Source: Dehalococcoidia bacterium
Lineage (GTDB): Bacteria > Chloroflexota > Dehalococcoidia > Bin125
Direction of reading: 5' to 3'
NCBI GenBank assembly: GCA_963662615.2
Contig: CAXXSR010000002.1
Span: forward strand, 64,001 to 128,000
Length of the DNA stretch: 64,000 nucleotides
Below the pieces are notes generated by a model. It was not told the DNA's origin and did no database searches. It was given only the letters and a program-made list of their open reading frames with translations. Made by a program: the position numbers and the translations under genes. Positions 63,161 through 64,000 of this stretch are shown piece by piece (positions within the stretch are counted from its first letter, which is position 1; the number at the start of each line of letters is the position of its first letter).

Positions 63161-64000
63161 CTAGTCGGCCTTCTCCTGCAGCCAGGCCATCATGCCGCGG
63201 AGTTCCGCGCCCACGGCCTCGACGGGGTGCTGCTTGGCGCGTTCGCGCAGCTTCAAGAAGGCGGGCCGGCCGGCGCTGTTCTCCAGGATCCACTCGCGGG
63301 CGAAAGCGCCCGAGCGGATCTCCTCCAGCACCTCCTTCATGCGCTCCTTGACGCCGGCATCGATGATGCGGGCGCCGCGGGAGTAGTCGCCGTATTCGGC
63401 GGTGTCGGAGATGGAGTAGCGCATGTTGCCGAAGCCGCCCTCATAGATGAGGTCCACGATGAGCTTGAGTTCGTGGACGGTTTCGAAGTAGGCGGACTCG
63501 GGCTGGTAGCCGGCGTCGACCAGGGTCTCGAAGGCGGCGTGCATGAGGGCGGAGACGCCGCCGCAGAGCACGGTCTGCTCGCCGAAGAGATCGGTCTCGG
63601 TCTCCTCCAAGAAGGTGGTTTCCAGGACGCCGGCGCGGGTGGCGCCGAGGCCGCGGGCGTAGGCGAGCGCGGTCTGCTTGGCGGTCTCGGAGGCGTTCTG
63701 ATGGACGGCGAGCAGGGCGGGCACGCCGCCGCCGGCCTCGAAGACGCGGCGGACGAGGTGGCCGGGCCCTTTGGGCGCGATCATGGAGACGTCGACCTCT
63801 TCGGGGGCCTCGATTTGGTTGTAGTGAATGTTGAAGCCGTGCGCGAACATGAGCGTCTTGCCCTCGCGCATGCCGTGGGCGATGTGGTTGTCGTAGAGTT
63901 CCTTCTGGATGTGGTCCGGGGCGAGGAGCATGACGATGTCGGCCTCTTCCGCCACCTCATCCACGGTGCCCACCCTGAGACCGAGATCTTCCGCCGTTTT
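63161..64000 (-). CDS. ilvC: Ketol-acid reductoisomerase (5' end outside the window)
   Basis: [52 protein letters not shown]. Confidence 0.97.
   Translation of the reverse strand, partial: KTAEDLGLRVGTVDEVAEEADIVMLLAPDHIQKELYDNHIAHGMREGKTLMFAHGFNIHYNQIEAPEEVDVSMIAPKGPGHLVRRVFEAGGGVPALLAVHQNASETAKQTALAYARGLGATRAGVLETTFLEETETDLFGEQTVLCGGVSALMHAAFETLVDAGYQPESAYFETVHELKLIVDLIYEGGFGNMRYSISDTAEYGDYSRGARIIDAGVKERMKEVLEEIRSGAFAREWILENSAGRPAFLKLRERAKQHPVEAVGAELRGMMAWLQEKAD

Overview
High-GC bacterial chromosomal window. Gene content and several lineage-type hypothetical proteins suggest Chloroflexota (Dehalococcoidia-like); this is an inference. 1-35 kb is mostly housekeeping and catabolic: alpha-carbonic anhydrase lipoprotein, ICDH/IPMDH-family dehydrogenase, M3/M1/M20 peptidases, rmuC, amidase, split purH, katG, tandem esterases, korAB, ABC1 kinase and an LLM oxidoreductase. 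35-49.7 kb is an accessory, partly decayed region ending at tRNA-Pro(CGG). It holds two paralogous secreted CSLREA/beta-helix proteins with a duplicated promoter, a damaged ECF sigma factor, a STAND-TPR-LuxR remnant, a repeat-rich serine hydrolase and a two-component pair. 51.9-64 kb is the ilvC-leuA-leuC-leuD-leuB-cimA cluster, which carries many insertions: a HicAB module between leuC and leuD, nested palindromic REP-like repeats, 15-nt tandem arrays, an unlisted Cys-rich mini-gene and a complete 2.3-kb IS1595-family element. That element has 26-bp TIRs and a 7-bp target duplication and sits inside the putative leuB promoter. Its cargo is paired NrdR-like boxes, a ~280-nt hairpin-dense non-coding segment, a mini-ORF and a stand-alone GIY-YIG nuclease; this is the best candidate here for an undescribed system. 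All calls are from manual reading; no searches were run.
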